From a virus: a stretch of 64,000 nt of DNA. Under the pieces are notes generated by a model, which saw nothing but the letters and a program-made list of their open reading frames with translations, ran no database searches and was not told where the DNA came from. Positions 44,749 through 55,507 of this stretch are shown in pieces. The stretch covers positions 4,801 through 68,800 of IMG/VR virus record IMGVR_UViG_3300042691_049879. The stretch is one strand, 5' to 3'. Every line of letters begins with the position of its first letter. The first letter of the stretch is position 1. The position numbers and the translations under genes were made by a program.

Positions 44749-45601
44749 TCCTTTTAATGAAATTGTCAAAATCTTCTTTTTTGTTGTTACATAAATTTAT
44801 ATTATCCTTAAATGGACAATAAATACAAGATTTTTTATTATTGCTAAGTTTTGCTTTATTGAAAACTTTTCTGATAAATATATCTCTTGTAACTTTTGCC
44901 AAATCTTCTAAGCATTCTTCAAGTTCTTTTTCGTCAGTTTCTATTTCAACATTTTGTAATTTTCCAAAGCCTGCATTATGATTGTTTTTTTCTTTAAACC
45001 TACTCAATATAACATATTTACATTCTATTTCTTCCAATGGTATTCCTTTTTGTTTGCTATAGAAATATTTATAAAATTTCATTTGAGTTAAAAGGACCTT
45101 GTCTTCTTTTTTATTTTCTATATCCCATTCATATGTTGAAGTTTTCCAGTCTATTATAATATATTTTTTTGTTTTCTTGTTCTTAAGAATTAAATCTATA
45201 AATCCAACAAAACAATAATTTTTATATAATTTCTCATTTATTGTATATTCTGCCCCTATATATATGTATTTTTTAGACAATTTTTCAGTAGGTATTAATT
45301 TTAATATCTCTTTTCCTTGTTCTAAAAATTCTTCTACATTATTGTAATCTGGGAGGCCTTTTAGTTTATTAAAACATTTTTGTCTAAAAATAAATTCAAA
45401 CTCTTTTATTCTTTCTTCTTCATTAAATTCATGCTCAAAACTTTTTTGTAATACAGAATGAATTGCATCTCCAAAACATGAATTTATTGTTGGTATGCTT
45501 TCCTGAACATTTAATATACTTTCCAGTAAATATCTATGCCCACATTCTTTATATAAAGAATAATGAGAATAACTTATTTTAATTTTTTCTTTTTTATACA
45601 T
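44720..45601 (-). CDS. PD-(D/E)XK nuclease (RecB/Cas4-like exonuclease)
   Basis: SYS.....KEC, G.AIH, E...GFIDL...IIDWKT, Q...Y, C..CPF....C. Confidence 0.85.
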   Translation of the reverse strand: MYKKEKIKISYSHYSLYKECGHRYLLESILNVQESIPTINSCFGDAIHSVLQKSFEHEFNEEERIKEFEFIFRQKCFNKLKGLPDYNNVEEFLEQGKEILKLIPTEKLSKKYIYIGAEYTINEKLYKNYCFVGFIDLILKNKKTKKYIIIDWKTSTYEWDIENKKEDKVLLTQMKFYKYFYSKQKGIPLEEIECKYVILSRFKEKNNHNAGFGKLQNVEIETDEKELEECLEDLAKVTRDIFIRKVFNKAKLSNNKKSCIYCPFKDNINLCNNKKEDFDNFIKRINEGSPSSS

Positions 45602-45675
45602 AATATAATATGCAAAAGTAGTGTTTTAAAAACAAAAAACAAAACTATTTATAAAAGATTAATAAACACTAAAAT

Positions 45676-46299
45676 ATGCTTAGAGAATTAATTAGAGAAA
45701 CTCTTGAATGTGAATTAAACGAAATTATGATTCTTAAAGAATCAAGAGACATTATTAGTGAAGAATTGTGCTATCACCTAGATAACAATTTAAGCCTTTC
45801 AAATACAGCATTTAGATACGGTTCTGAAAAACATTTAGATTTAATAAATGAAATAAGAGAATTACACAATGACAATTTAATTGTTCTTTGTGAAGATGAT
45901 GAAGAAATAGTAAAAACTGACGCTGGAGAGAGAGCTTTGTACGAAGGCAGAATGGTATCTTTAGATTTACCATTTGAAGAATATGAAGAAGATATTAATG
46001 AAGCAGAATATAAAGGAAAAAAAGTTCAATTAGGAAAACCTAAAAGAGGTGGTTCTAAGAAATTTTATGTTTATGTAAGAAATCCAAAAACAAAAAAAAT
46101 AATGAAAGTGTCTTTTGGGGCAAAATCTGGCGGCGGCAATTTAGCTGTTAAACTTAGAGACCCAAAAGCTAGAAAGAGATTTGCTGATAGACATAATTGT
46201 GAACAAAAAAATGACAAAACAAAACCAGGATATTGGGCTTGTAGACTTCCTAGATATGCAAAGTCTTTAGGTTTGTCTGGTGGTGGAACATGGTGGTAA
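45676..46299 (+). CDS. Phage protein (KKFYVYV...VSFG...RHNC...GYWAC domain)
   Basis: Motif I recall from large phages; TATTTAT at 45646. Confidence 0.65.
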   Translation: MLRELIRETLECELNEIMILKESRDIISEELCYHLDNNLSLSNTAFRYGSEKHLDLINEIRELHNDNLIVLCEDDEEIVKTDAGERALYEGRMVSLDLPFEEYEEDINEAEYKGKKVQLGKPKRGGSKKFYVYVRNPKTKKIMKVSFGAKSGGGNLAVKLRDPKARKRFADRHNCEQKNDKTKPGYWACRLPRYAKSLGLSGGGTWW

Positions 46300-46303
46300 A
46301 ATT

Positions 46304-47341
46304 ATGGAAGAAAAAGAATATATAAGGTCAATTATAAGCGAACTTTTTAAGTCAACATACAATAGGGCTGCGGCAAAAGCTGTAGAAAATGGAGATGAAG
46401 AGTTGGCTATTAAATTTTTAACTCATTCAAATGAGATGGGAATAGAAGATGATGCATCAATAAATTCTATTTATTTTAATGTTGTTATTGATAAGCCTTA
46501 TAAAGAAGATGTTGACGGAAATTTAGTTTATAGAACATTTTCAAACAATATTAATGAAAATGAACTTGTATGGCATAGAGACAAAGAAGATAGAATAATA
46601 TTTCCTTTGCATGAAACTGATTGGAAATTTCAGTTTGATGATGAGTTGCCAATTGAAATTACGCCAGATAATCCAATTTTTATAGAATCTGAAAGATTTC
46701 ATAGATTAATAAAAGGTTCTGATGAATTAGAGTTAGAAATTTATAAGACCAATTTAGAAGATGAAGAAAACATTCAAACTATAATTTCTGAAACTTTACA
46801 ATTATTTTTAGAAAAAAGAGGAAAAAGCTCAAGAACAAAAAAGGGAAGGAAAGTTCCAGGAAAATATTTGACTGCTAAATCTGCAGAAAAAAGGTCTCAA
46901 ATGAAAAAAGAAATTGATAAATTTGCTGACAAACATCATTCTGACCCTGAAGCATATACCAAACAATGGCAGGCTGATAAAGGCCAAAAAACAAAAGAAA
47001 GTGAAGCTACTAAGGCTTACAAAAAAATGTTTGGTGAAGATTTAGATTTTTCAAATCAATATAACGACTTGATGGAAGAATCAAGCTCTAAAAACAATAA
47101 AGGATTAAAAAACAAATCAAAAGCATCTGGTATACCTTATTATATTTTAAAACAAGTTTATAATAGAGGAATGGCAGCTTGGAGAACTGGACATAGGCCT
47201 GGTGTGGCTCAAAATCAATGGGCTATGGGTAGAGTTAATAGTTTTATTACTGGTTCTGGCGGTTCAAGAAAAGCTGATTCTGATTTATGGAAAAAAGCAA
47301 AGGCCTCAAAAGACAAAAAAAGAAAATCAAATAAAAAATAA
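46304..47341 (+). CDS. Multidomain protein: cupin-like (WHRD..DR...HRLIKG) plus basic C-terminal domain (VYNRGMAAW...QWAMGRVNSF)
   Basis: Motifs; ATG at 46304 preferred. Confidence 0.6.
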   Translation: MEEKEYIRSIISELFKSTYNRAAAKAVENGDEELAIKFLTHSNEMGIEDDASINSIYFNVVIDKPYKEDVDGNLVYRTFSNNINENELVWHRDKEDRIIFPLHETDWKFQFDDELPIEITPDNPIFIESERFHRLIKGSDELELEIYKTNLEDEENIQTIISETLQLFLEKRGKSSRTKKGRKVPGKYLTAKSAEKRSQMKKEIDKFADKHHSDPEAYTKQWQADKGQKTKESEATKAYKKMFGEDLDFSNQYNDLMEESSSKNNKGLKNKSKASGIPYYILKQVYNRGMAAWRTGHRPGVAQNQWAMGRVNSFITGSGGSRKADSDLWKKAKASKDKKRKSNKK

Positions 47342-47988
47342 TGTTGTTATCAGAGTCTTATAAAAAAAGATTAAAAGAATTAGCAGGTTTAATTAATGAA
47401 GCTGATAATGACCCTTTTTCTGGCAGTTCAGAAAGAGAAGTTTTTAACATGGATTTAATGACTCAAGCAATCTTGCAAGGAAGAGAAGTTGGGATTTTAT
47501 ATAAAGGAGACAAAATGAAAGCTCCTTCTGGGAAATATAGGATAATTTATCCTGTTGCTATGGGTCTTTCTCATGCTGGGAATAGGGTTATTAGAGCGAT
47601 TCATAAACTTGGTCAATCTGAATCAAAAGCTTTAGAAACTGGTATTCGTAGTGCTGAAGCAAAAAACGAATGGAGACTTTTTAAGGCTGACAATATAAAA
47701 GGAATGTGGTTTACTGGTAATTTTTTTGATTTTGTTCCTAGTGATTATAATGCCAACGACAAAGGAATGAGTTCTGTTGAGGTAAATTTCAATTCTACAA
47801 AAGCTAAGAAATATCAGCAAGAATTTATTAATAATCAAAAAGAAGAAGAGAGAAAAGCTAAAGTTACTAGGTTTGTTGAAAAAAATGAAAGAGACTTAGA
47901 GCAGCCTTATAAAAATCCAGAAACTAGAATTGGAGACAATGAAGAAAATGTGCCCCCAATCCCAGATAATGATTCTGAATTAGATTAA
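47341..47988 (+). CDS. Tagged protein with WYL-like domain
   Basis: I.Y......R.I.P.AMG......IRA...WRLFK.D.I pattern. Confidence 0.55.
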   Translation: MLLSESYKKRLKELAGLINEADNDPFSGSSEREVFNMDLMTQAILQGREVGILYKGDKMKAPSGKYRIIYPVAMGLSHAGNRVIRAIHKLGQSESKALETGIRSAEAKNEWRLFKADNIKGMWFTGNFFDFVPSDYNANDKGMSSVEVNFNSTKAKKYQQEFINNQKEEERKAKVTRFVEKNERDLEQPYKNPETRIGDNEENVPPIPDNDSELD

Positions 47989-50900
47989 TTTTGAACATCA
48001 AATACGGAAACTCCAGCATTTGGATTTTCCAATAACTGTTCTTCAGTTAATCCTTTTTTACTTTTTGATACTTGTATTATATTATCTACAAAGTCTTTAA
48101 TTTCATTTTTATGAGTAATAATCCAAGTGTTTCTATATTTACCTCTTAAATAAGAAAAAACAGAATGCATTGCCATCGATAGGTCATCATCCAAAGAGCC
48201 AAAGCCTTCATCTATTATGCAAAGAGATGGTTTTGTTAATGAGCTCACAAAGTGCAAAGAATCTCTAATTGCAACACTTCCTATAAACTTTTGCGCCCCA
48301 GAACCCATAGACATTGGTAGAGCATCTTTTTCCATAGAATTAAAATAGAAAAACTCTTTAATATCTCCATTTGGTTTTATTGTTAATTCAATTTTAAAAT
48401 CAACCAAATCCCTTAAGATTGAATTTATCTTTTGATTTATTAAAGGCAACTTTTTTCTAATTATTCTAGCTGGTATCCCATCTCTATGTACTGCTTGCAA
48501 ATAGATTGCATACTTACCATAAGCCTCTTCTGCACTCTTTATGGAGTTAAGTTTTTCATTAAAGTTATCTATGTTGTTTTCGGAAACTTTTATAGAACTT
48601 TTTGAATCAGTTAATTTTTCATTTAATTGATTAAGTCTTAATTTACATCCTTTCTTTTCAAATTCATATCCTTTAATTTCTTCGTTTATTTTGTTGTTTT
48701 CAATTATAGAAGATTGATTTGAATCTATTATTTTTATTTCTTTATTTATTTTTTCTATTTCTGATTCATTTGAAATAACTTTTTTCCTGTTTCCTTCTAG
48801 TTTTATACTATTTGTTTCTACATTTAAATTATGTTTTTTTATCTCTTCTATACTATTAGAAATCTCAAGCTGTCTTTTAAGTTCTTCTATCAAAATCTTT
48901 TTTTCTTGTAAGACATTTTTTAGTGAGCCTAACTTTACTTCATTTTTGTCATAATTAGAATTATGAGTTTGCACATTTTTTGCTATAACCAAATTATCTT
49001 TCTCTAACTTTAATGCTTCTTCACCTCTTTTTATGTCATCTGTACATTTTTTTTCTAAATCTGGATTCGCTGCTTGCTCAACATTACCACAAGTAGGACA
49101 TTTTTTTCCTTTTGAAATTAATAATTTATCTTTTAATGAAGTTATTGCATTTTCTATGTCGTTAATCTTTTTACTTATAGCTTCAACATCTTTCTCTTCT
49201 TTTTTAGGATTATCTTTAATCCACTTTTCTAAAGTTACATATTCGTTTTTATTTGAATCAAAAAGTAATCTTTCTGAAGATAGTTTTTTCTCTATTTCAG
49301 AGTAATTTAAACCGCCATTATCTGGGAGTTCTTTTTTAAAGTTTTTAGATAGCCATTCTTCAAGTTCACCTATTTCTTTGTTTAAGGTTGAATTGTTTTC
49401 TTCTAATACTTTTATTGCTTTTTGTGCACTTTCTTTATCTTTATAAGTGGTTCCTTCTACTTTTATTATTTTTTTTGTTAATTCTAAAATCCTACTTTCA
49501 TTAATGTCTAGCTCTTTTTCTACTTCTATTTTTTCTTTTTGATAGGACTCTATTAAATCTTGATTTTCCTTTATTGATTTATTTTGCGATTCTATTTCTT
49601 CTTCTATATCTTTTGGATTTCCTAAAACTTTTTGTCTAGACTTAATATCGTTAAATATTTTTTTAGCATATTCATATCTGTCCCTAAAAATTTCAAGACC
49701 TAAATATTTATTTATTAAATCATTTTTAGGTTGTTGACTCATATCTAAAAAGTTTCCTTCTCCACCCTGCGCTTGAAGTACTGTCTTTGTAAAATCTTCA
49801 AAAGTACCTATAGATTCTACTATTATATTGCTTTTTTCCTTCTTTTCTGTAGCGGCTTTTTCTGAATCAACATTTTCCCACTTAATAATACCATCTTCTT
49901 TTTTTATTTCTTTTTTATATTCAACACCATAAGAAACATCACTTGTTCCATCTTTTTTCGTTTTAACTTTTATCGTTCTTTCGATATAATATCTTTGAGA
50001 GTCAATAGTCAAATATATTCTACCACCAGCAGTATCGCTTCCTGTATACATATTTACCAACTTATTAGATTCTCCATCTCCAAGTATTTTTCTATATGCT
50101 ATCCAAATAAATGCTCTTATTAAATTAGTTTTCCCATTGAAGTTTTTACCAAAAATACCAGTTATACCATTTAGATTATTAAAGTCAAATTCAATTTGTT
50201 TATTTGGAAAGCTAAACAAGTTCCAAACGACTAACTTATCGAGAAACCATTTTTTCCCTTTTATTGAAGAATAGTTTAATTCTTTGTCTATATTTTTAGC
50301 CAACTCAATAACTTCTTCAACATTTTCATAGTCGCTACTTTCAACGAATTCTTTTAATAATTTTTCAAACTCTTCAGAATTAGAATAATCCGTTGAATCA
50401 TCTATATCTAATCCATTAATTTCATCATTTTTGCCTATAAATTTACTATCAACACTTATTGTTTGACAGCCATATTTATTTTTTATTAACTTTTCTATTT
50501 GTCTTTCTTTTTCTAAAGAATAATCTTCTTCAAAACATTCCCAAACAACTTCAACTTTTGTCTTTTTTGGGTCATTTGACACTTTTAATTCTTCAATTCT
50601 TTCTTCTACTATTTCTCCTCTAGATATGTAAATTTTTGAAAACCCATAATCATTTTCAATAAATCTTCTCTCAAAAGAATTGTTTTTTAGATTCCAAGTT
50701 ATATAACCTTTCTCTAAAGATTCTCCAAACCCTTGTTGAATCAAACTTCCAGGATAAGCAACATTGTCTACAGTTGAATTTTTTGTTTTAAAAAATTGAT
50801 GTTCATGAATGTCTCCCAACATTACTATATCAAAATTATTAAAAGAAGACAAATTCATTAATCCTTCTCCTTTTAATTCATAACCGTTATCACCCCTACA

Positions 50901-51428
50901 ACCATAAACTGGCCCATGATATAATGCTATATATTTTTTCTTTTGTTCTTTCTTTGATAAAGTTAATATTTCATCGTCCAAACAAGAATAAACACCATAA
51001 ACTATATTCTCCTCTACTTCATAAAATCCACTATGTAAATAAAAATAAACTCCATGACCAACACCTTCATGTTTTGGCATTTCTTTAGCGTTTTTTTCAA
51101 CAATATAACCATCGCTTATTAAATCAATTATTGGCTCTATAGAATTGCCTTGGTCAAGAGACTGTAAATTTAAATCATGATTACCTAATATAATGTCCAC
51201 TGGTGCTATCTTAGATAATTCCTTTAAAAACCATCCAGCTAATTGAATTGCTTTTGGTGATAATGTAATTTTTATATGAAAAACATCACCAGTTATAGAA
51301 ATTCTTCTTGGCTTAATTTCTTTTAAGTCATTTATAGTTCTTTGAAATACAGTTTTGTATTCATCGTGTCTACTTCCATATCTTATGTGTATATCAGAAA
51401 GTTGTGCTATAATATCATTATTTTTCAT
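47985..51428 (-). CDS. SbcD-SbcC (Mre11-Rad50, gp47-gp46-like) fusion nuclease-ATPase
   Basis: SDIH, GD, GNHD, GDIH phosphoesterase motifs; GKNFNGKT Walker A; coiled coil with CPTC hook; SGAQKF signature; IIDEGFGSLD; ITH. Confidence 0.9.
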   Translation of the reverse strand: MKNNDIIAQLSDIHIRYGSRHDEYKTVFQRTINDLKEIKPRRISITGDVFHIKITLSPKAIQLAGWFLKELSKIAPVDIILGNHDLNLQSLDQGNSIEPIIDLISDGYIVEKNAKEMPKHEGVGHGVYFYLHSGFYEVEENIVYGVYSCLDDEILTLSKKEQKKKYIALYHGPVYGCRGDNGYELKGEGLMNLSSFNNFDIVMLGDIHEHQFFKTKNSTVDNVAYPGSLIQQGFGESLEKGYITWNLKNNSFERRFIENDYGFSKIYISRGEIVEERIEELKVSNDPKKTKVEVVWECFEEDYSLEKERQIEKLIKNKYGCQTISVDSKFIGKNDEINGLDIDDSTDYSNSEEFEKLLKEFVESSDYENVEEVIELAKNIDKELNYSSIKGKKWFLDKLVVWNLFSFPNKQIEFDFNNLNGITGIFGKNFNGKTNLIRAFIWIAYRKILGDGESNKLVNMYTGSDTAGGRIYLTIDSQRYYIERTIKVKTKKDGTSDVSYGVEYKKEIKKEDGIIKWENVDSEKAATEKKEKSNIIVESIGTFEDFTKTVLQAQGGEGNFLDMSQQPKNDLINKYLGLEIFRDRYEYAKKIFNDIKSRQKVLGNPKDIEEEIESQNKSIKENQDLIESYQKEKIEVEKELDINESRILELTKKIIKVEGTTYKDKESAQKAIKVLEENNSTLNKEIGELEEWLSKNFKKELPDNGGLNYSEIEKKLSSERLLFDSNKNEYVTLEKWIKDNPKKEEKDVEAISKKINDIENAITSLKDKLLISKGKKCPTCGNVEQAANPDLEKKCTDDIKRGEEALKLEKDNLVIAKNVQTHNSNYDKNEVKLGSLKNVLQEKKILIEELKRQLEISNSIEEIKKHNLNVETNSIKLEGNRKKVISNESEIEKINKEIKIIDSNQSSIIENNKINEEIKGYEFEKKGCKLRLNQLNEKLTDSKSSIKVSENNIDNFNEKLNSIKSAEEAYGKYAIYLQAVHRDGIPARIIRKKLPLINQKINSILRDLVDFKIELTIKPNGDIKEFFYFNSMEKDALPMSMGSGAQKFIGSVAIRDSLHFVSSLTKPSLCIIDEGFGSLDDDLSMAMHSVFSYLRGKYRNTWIITHKNEIKDFVDNIIQVSKSKKGLTEEQLLENPNAGVSVFDVQN

Positions 51429-52474
51429 AAACTATTTTGCTTTTTTAGGTTTTCCCAATTTTCTTTTATCTTTTTTTCATCAACAACATCTTCATTTATC
51501 TTGTCAATATTTTGTTGAGCAAATTCTTTAAACAATTCTTGAAAATTTAAATTTCTGCAAATTTTTAACAATTCAATAGTAGAATTTTTGCCGTATTTTT
51601 TATTATATTCATCTATATCTCCCATAACTTCGACGAAATATACCTCTAAACCAAGAGAAGTTAGCTTATTATAAATAACTATACTATCATATAGAGCGTC
51701 TTCATCCAAACATAAAATTACTCTAGAATTATGTTCTATAAGCTTTTCTATTATAACACTTGCTGGCTCTTTGCCTAACATTGGAATTGCATTATACAAA
51801 GGAAACATATCAAATGCTCCTTCAACTAATACGACTGGTATATCGAAATTTATATTTTTTACATTAAAAATAATTTCTGTTCTTGCAACTTCTTCTTTTG
51901 GTGGACCTAAATAATTTGGTTTAAATGTATTATAGTAAGAGCGTCCTACGTAATAATTAATTTGCCCATAAGAATTATAAGAAGGTATAATTAATCTATA
52001 CCTCATTTTTCCCTTATCTTCAGTATAGCCTATTCTGTATTTTTTTATAAGCTCTAAGCTTAACCCTCTTTCTAAAGTTGCATATTTTATTGCATCATTA
52101 TAAAATTTTGTGTTTTCCCTCTTCCAAAGAGGCTTGTATTCAGCAGGAAGCGAACATGTAATCATGTCATTATAAAACTCGTCTTTCTTTTCTGTTTTAT
52201 ATGACTTTGTTGCTGGGAGGATTGTGTTAATTTTAAGAATATCATCTTGACTCCCATATTCGGAAATCAATTTATTGACATTTCCTTTGTATCTACACTT
52301 CCAACAATGAAATATATTATTTTTAGAGTTAAAAGCTAAATTATACTTGTCTACATCATTTCTGCAAACTTTACTTTTACAATTAAATTCATATTCGTTT
52401 AAGTCACCACTTTTTTTGGGACTTCCCAATATTTTATTTAATAAAAATAATATATTTTCTTTTTTATTATCCAA
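51425..52474 (-). CDS. DNA primase (Zn finger plus TOPRIM)
   Basis: C....C...FHCWKC, RLIIP, VEGAFD, CLDED. Confidence 0.85.
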   Translation of the reverse strand: MDNKKENILFLLNKILGSPKKSGDLNEYEFNCKSKVCRNDVDKYNLAFNSKNNIFHCWKCRYKGNVNKLISEYGSQDDILKINTILPATKSYKTEKKDEFYNDMITCSLPAEYKPLWKRENTKFYNDAIKYATLERGLSLELIKKYRIGYTEDKGKMRYRLIIPSYNSYGQINYYVGRSYYNTFKPNYLGPPKEEVARTEIIFNVKNINFDIPVVLVEGAFDMFPLYNAIPMLGKEPASVIIEKLIEHNSRVILCLDEDALYDSIVIYNKLTSLGLEVYFVEVMGDIDEYNKKYGKNSTIELLKICRNLNFQELFKEFAQQNIDKINEDVVDEKKIKENWENLKKQNSL

Positions 52475-52524
52475 GGCTATATTTTATAGCTAGCAAATAT
52501 AGCAAAAAAAAACTATTAATAAAA

Positions 52525-53094
52525 TTATTTATTTAAATTTTGATTAGTTTTTTCTCTCATGTTTATATCACAAATTCCAACAACATAAGCATCGCTCATA
52601 TCAAAATTTTCTTGAATTAATTTATGTGTAGACTTTGAATATTTCCAATTTATTTGTGGTTCTTTTTCAACAACTTTTTCCCAAACCAAATATTTTTTAT
52701 TAGGTGCGCTTTGTGGAATTACTAAATCTGGAAACGCTGACTTTCTTGCTGTATTAACATTATAATATCTAGGTTCTGTTTTAAACTTTCTATAAAGATA
52801 GCCGCTAACCATAGCATTCATCATTGTTAATTTTTGTATTGTATCTGAATCAGAAAATTTTCCTTTAAATTTTTTCAAAGGTTCTTCTATTGATATATGT
52901 TTAATTTTATTTTCCCCCTCTTCTAAGCCAATAGCTTCAGATAATGTTTCTATATGCTTAACAAAATCATCTAACCTTTCAAATAAAGTTGTTTTTGGTT
53001 TAAATTTTATATATTCTAAATTACACAATTTATTTTCATTATTAAATAATGCTATTCCTATTACAGTTGTTGATATATCTAGTCCTAATGTCAT
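52525..53094 (-). CDS. RuvC-like Holliday junction resolvase
   Basis: LGLDISTT.IG, IEE, DMSDA. Confidence 0.8.
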   Translation of the reverse strand: MTLGLDISTTVIGIALFNNENKLCNLEYIKFKPKTTLFERLDDFVKHIETLSEAIGLEEGENKIKHISIEEPLKKFKGKFSDSDTIQKLTMMNAMVSGYLYRKFKTEPRYYNVNTARKSAFPDLVIPQSAPNKKYLVWEKVVEKEPQINWKYSKSTHKLIQENFDMSDAYVVGICDINMREKTNQNLNK

Positions 53095-53190
53095 ATATTA
53101 TTTTTTGTTAAAATATAAAATAATAAAAATAAAAGTAAATAAAAAATCCCACCAAAATTTGATGGGATTATTAAATGAAAACAAGATAAT

Positions 53191-54345
53191 TTACATTTCA
53201 AGATTTATCTCAAAAGTAATTGCATTAACATAAGTTTTTAGAACTGGTTCGCTTAATTTAGCAAATGCTATAAGTTCTCCAAACGCATTATATAAACCTA
53301 TTTCAGTTATATATATATCATCATAATTTGCTAATCCTTCTTCGCTATTTAATTGAGATATAGCTTTTTCTTTATCCCATGTTGGGTTGTTTGAAATAAA
53401 AAATTCTTGAGGTAAAGCTATACAGACAGATGTCATTTTGAAAGAAGTATCTAATTCTTTAAAGGATAATATTGAACCTTCAGAAGAAATGTCTGCTAAA
53501 CTTTGTCCAGTAAAATAAATATTAGTTTTACTTCCAACATTAAAATCGTCAACATAAGCAGAACCAGATTGAGTAAATCCAGAATCCCAAGGTATGTTGT
53601 TTACTATTTGTGGATGCGTTATTACAATATAACCTTTATCTAATATTGCAAAACCGCAAGGAATATCATAATTATATCCGTCTCTATTGTCTGGATACCC
53701 AGCCGCCACAGAAACTGCATAATTTGGATTATTTCTTTGGTCTGTGTTATAAAAATCTTGAACTTCTATATAAGAAATTGCTCCAGGTCTATCATAATAT
53801 TCACCAGTTGGGTTCCAAGAAGCATTATTTGAATTATCAACTGCGTCGCCCAATTCATTTCTTGTCTGTCCACTATATGGCTTATTTATGTCGTCAGAGA
53901 AAAGAAATACTATATTATCTCCAAGTAACATATTTGATTCTGATTTAAGAGGCTTAGTTGCAGTATATGTACTTGAAACTAATGTAACACCAGACAACTG
54001 TCCAAGTGTAGTGCTTCCAGAAACTGGAACTGTCATTGTTATAGTTCTACCATCTATAAATTCGCCATATTCTGACCCTGGTATTGGCACTATTACAATT
54101 TGGTCAACATTTAGTTGTTGTAATTCTGGGAATGTTTTTGACAAATCGCTAGTTGTTGGAAGTTTTGAAGACTTATAAGGTAAATTAAATGACATAAAAT
54201 AATTACCTTTATTATTAGTCAAGTCACTTCTATCACATAGAGTATATTTTATTTCACTTTCTGAAATGCTCTTAATTCTTGCCGTTTCTCTCTGTAAAGC
54301 AACATACGAATCAACTTTTTTTGTAAATCTTGTATCTACAATCAT
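53191..54345 (-). CDS. Baseplate/tail structural protein
   Basis: C-terminal YITEIGLYN..GELIAFAKLSEP..K. Confidence 0.65.
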   Translation of the reverse strand: MIVDTRFTKKVDSYVALQRETARIKSISESEIKYTLCDRSDLTNNKGNYFMSFNLPYKSSKLPTTSDLSKTFPELQQLNVDQIVIVPIPGSEYGEFIDGRTITMTVPVSGSTTLGQLSGVTLVSSTYTATKPLKSESNMLLGDNIVFLFSDDINKPYSGQTRNELGDAVDNSNNASWNPTGEYYDRPGAISYIEVQDFYNTDQRNNPNYAVSVAAGYPDNRDGYNYDIPCGFAILDKGYIVITHPQIVNNIPWDSGFTQSGSAYVDDFNVGSKTNIYFTGQSLADISSEGSILSFKELDTSFKMTSVCIALPQEFFISNNPTWDKEKAISQLNSEEGLANYDDIYITEIGLYNAFGELIAFAKLSEPVLKTYVNAITFEINLEM

Positions 54346-54356
54346 CTTATTTTATT

Positions 54357-54770
54357 TTATCTTGTTAATAAATTATTGTCACCAGAAGAAGTAGAAATAG
54401 GCTGTACAATTCTTCTAGTATATTGAAATTTAAGTTCAAATTTTCCTACCTCACCAGCTCCTATTATGTCTTTTGAAGGATTTCCGTAAAATTGGAAATT
54501 TATTGTTTTACTTCTTGTAGAGCCAGTTGGATTTGTAACAACAACACCTTCTTTTGTTGTATTAATCCAATTTATTAAAGCTTGTCTTAAACCTTCATCA
54601 AAAACATCCATTACTTGCCAATCATTATATTCTACATCCTGATTTTGAGCATTTATAGCAGCCTCTAAAGGCGGCAAATCAACTGGTTTTGGACCAAGCC
54701 TTCCAGTTAAAGGTGTTTTACTAAAATCTGGCGATATTTGCCTTGATGGATATACGTTTTTCTTTGCCAT
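54357..54770 (-). CDS. Hypothetical protein in structural module
   Basis: ORF in operon. Confidence 0.55.
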   Translation of the reverse strand: MAKKNVYPSRQISPDFSKTPLTGRLGPKPVDLPPLEAAINAQNQDVEYNDWQVMDVFDEGLRQALINWINTTKEGVVVTNPTGSTRSKTINFQFYGNPSKDIIGAGEVGKFELKFQYTRRIVQPISTSSGDNNLLTR

Positions 54771-54788
54771 TTTTTTTTAATTTTTTTA

Positions 54789-55475
54789 TTATTTACTTCC
54801 TAATTCAGCATTGCTTATTTGAGATGCTATTTGTTTGTATGTTTTTAAAGATGTTGTTTTAACTGTAGCTCTTTCAAACTGTATAGTAACTTTATTGTGG
54901 TCATCTTCAATTGTTGGATAAAAAATTCTCATTCTATAACCAGGTCTAGTCGTTGTAGCTTCTCTTAGATTTATTACTAACTGATTATCTTTAACTACAT
55001 TTTCACCAAAATTTTTAGGCATCAATTCATAAGTTGATTCTAAAGTTGGTTCATCATTTAGTAAAGTTATTAGCTCTTGAGTTATTACCGTTGGTATTTT
55101 ACTTAAATCTTTATTTAAATCTATAACTATATTTTCTTGGCTTGTTATATATTCAAGAGTGTCATCACCAGTTCCTAATACTGATTCTGATGGAGAAACT
55201 AAACAATTTAAAGTTCTTCCTTTAGCGCCAGTTATATTATTTTCATTTTCACCAGATAAATCTGGAATTTCTCCTGATTGTAATCTATCAGGAAGTTTAT
55301 AATTAATATCAGGGTCTCCAAGAGAAAATCTTTCAATTTTTAACCTATCTATCTTTGTTCCGTCTGACAATTCTACAAATCTAGGATTATTTTCATCTTG
55401 AAAAAGATATTTTCTGCCCATTTCTGTCAAATAAGCTCTAGCTGTAACTGTATCACCTGAAGTTATTGCTCCCAT
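54789..55475 (-). CDS. Probable structural protein
   Basis: AYLTEMGRKYL...FSLGDPDINY, paralogous to the N-terminus of the next gene. Confidence 0.6.
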   Translation of the reverse strand: MGAITSGDTVTARAYLTEMGRKYLFQDENNPRFVELSDGTKIDRLKIERFSLGDPDINYKLPDRLQSGEIPDLSGENENNITGAKGRTLNCLVSPSESVLGTGDDTLEYITSQENIVIDLNKDLSKIPTVITQELITLLNDEPTLESTYELMPKNFGENVVKDNQLVINLREATTTRPGYRMRIFYPTIEDDHNKVTIQFERATVKTTSLKTYKQIASQISNAELGSK

Positions 55476-55507
55476 ATTTTATTTTATTTATTTATATATA
55501 ATTATTT

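Noticed and set aside
44720-45601. Cas4 as evidence for a CRISPR system
   Set aside because: Stand-alone PD-(D/E)XK nuclease common in phages; no array or other cas genes in the window.
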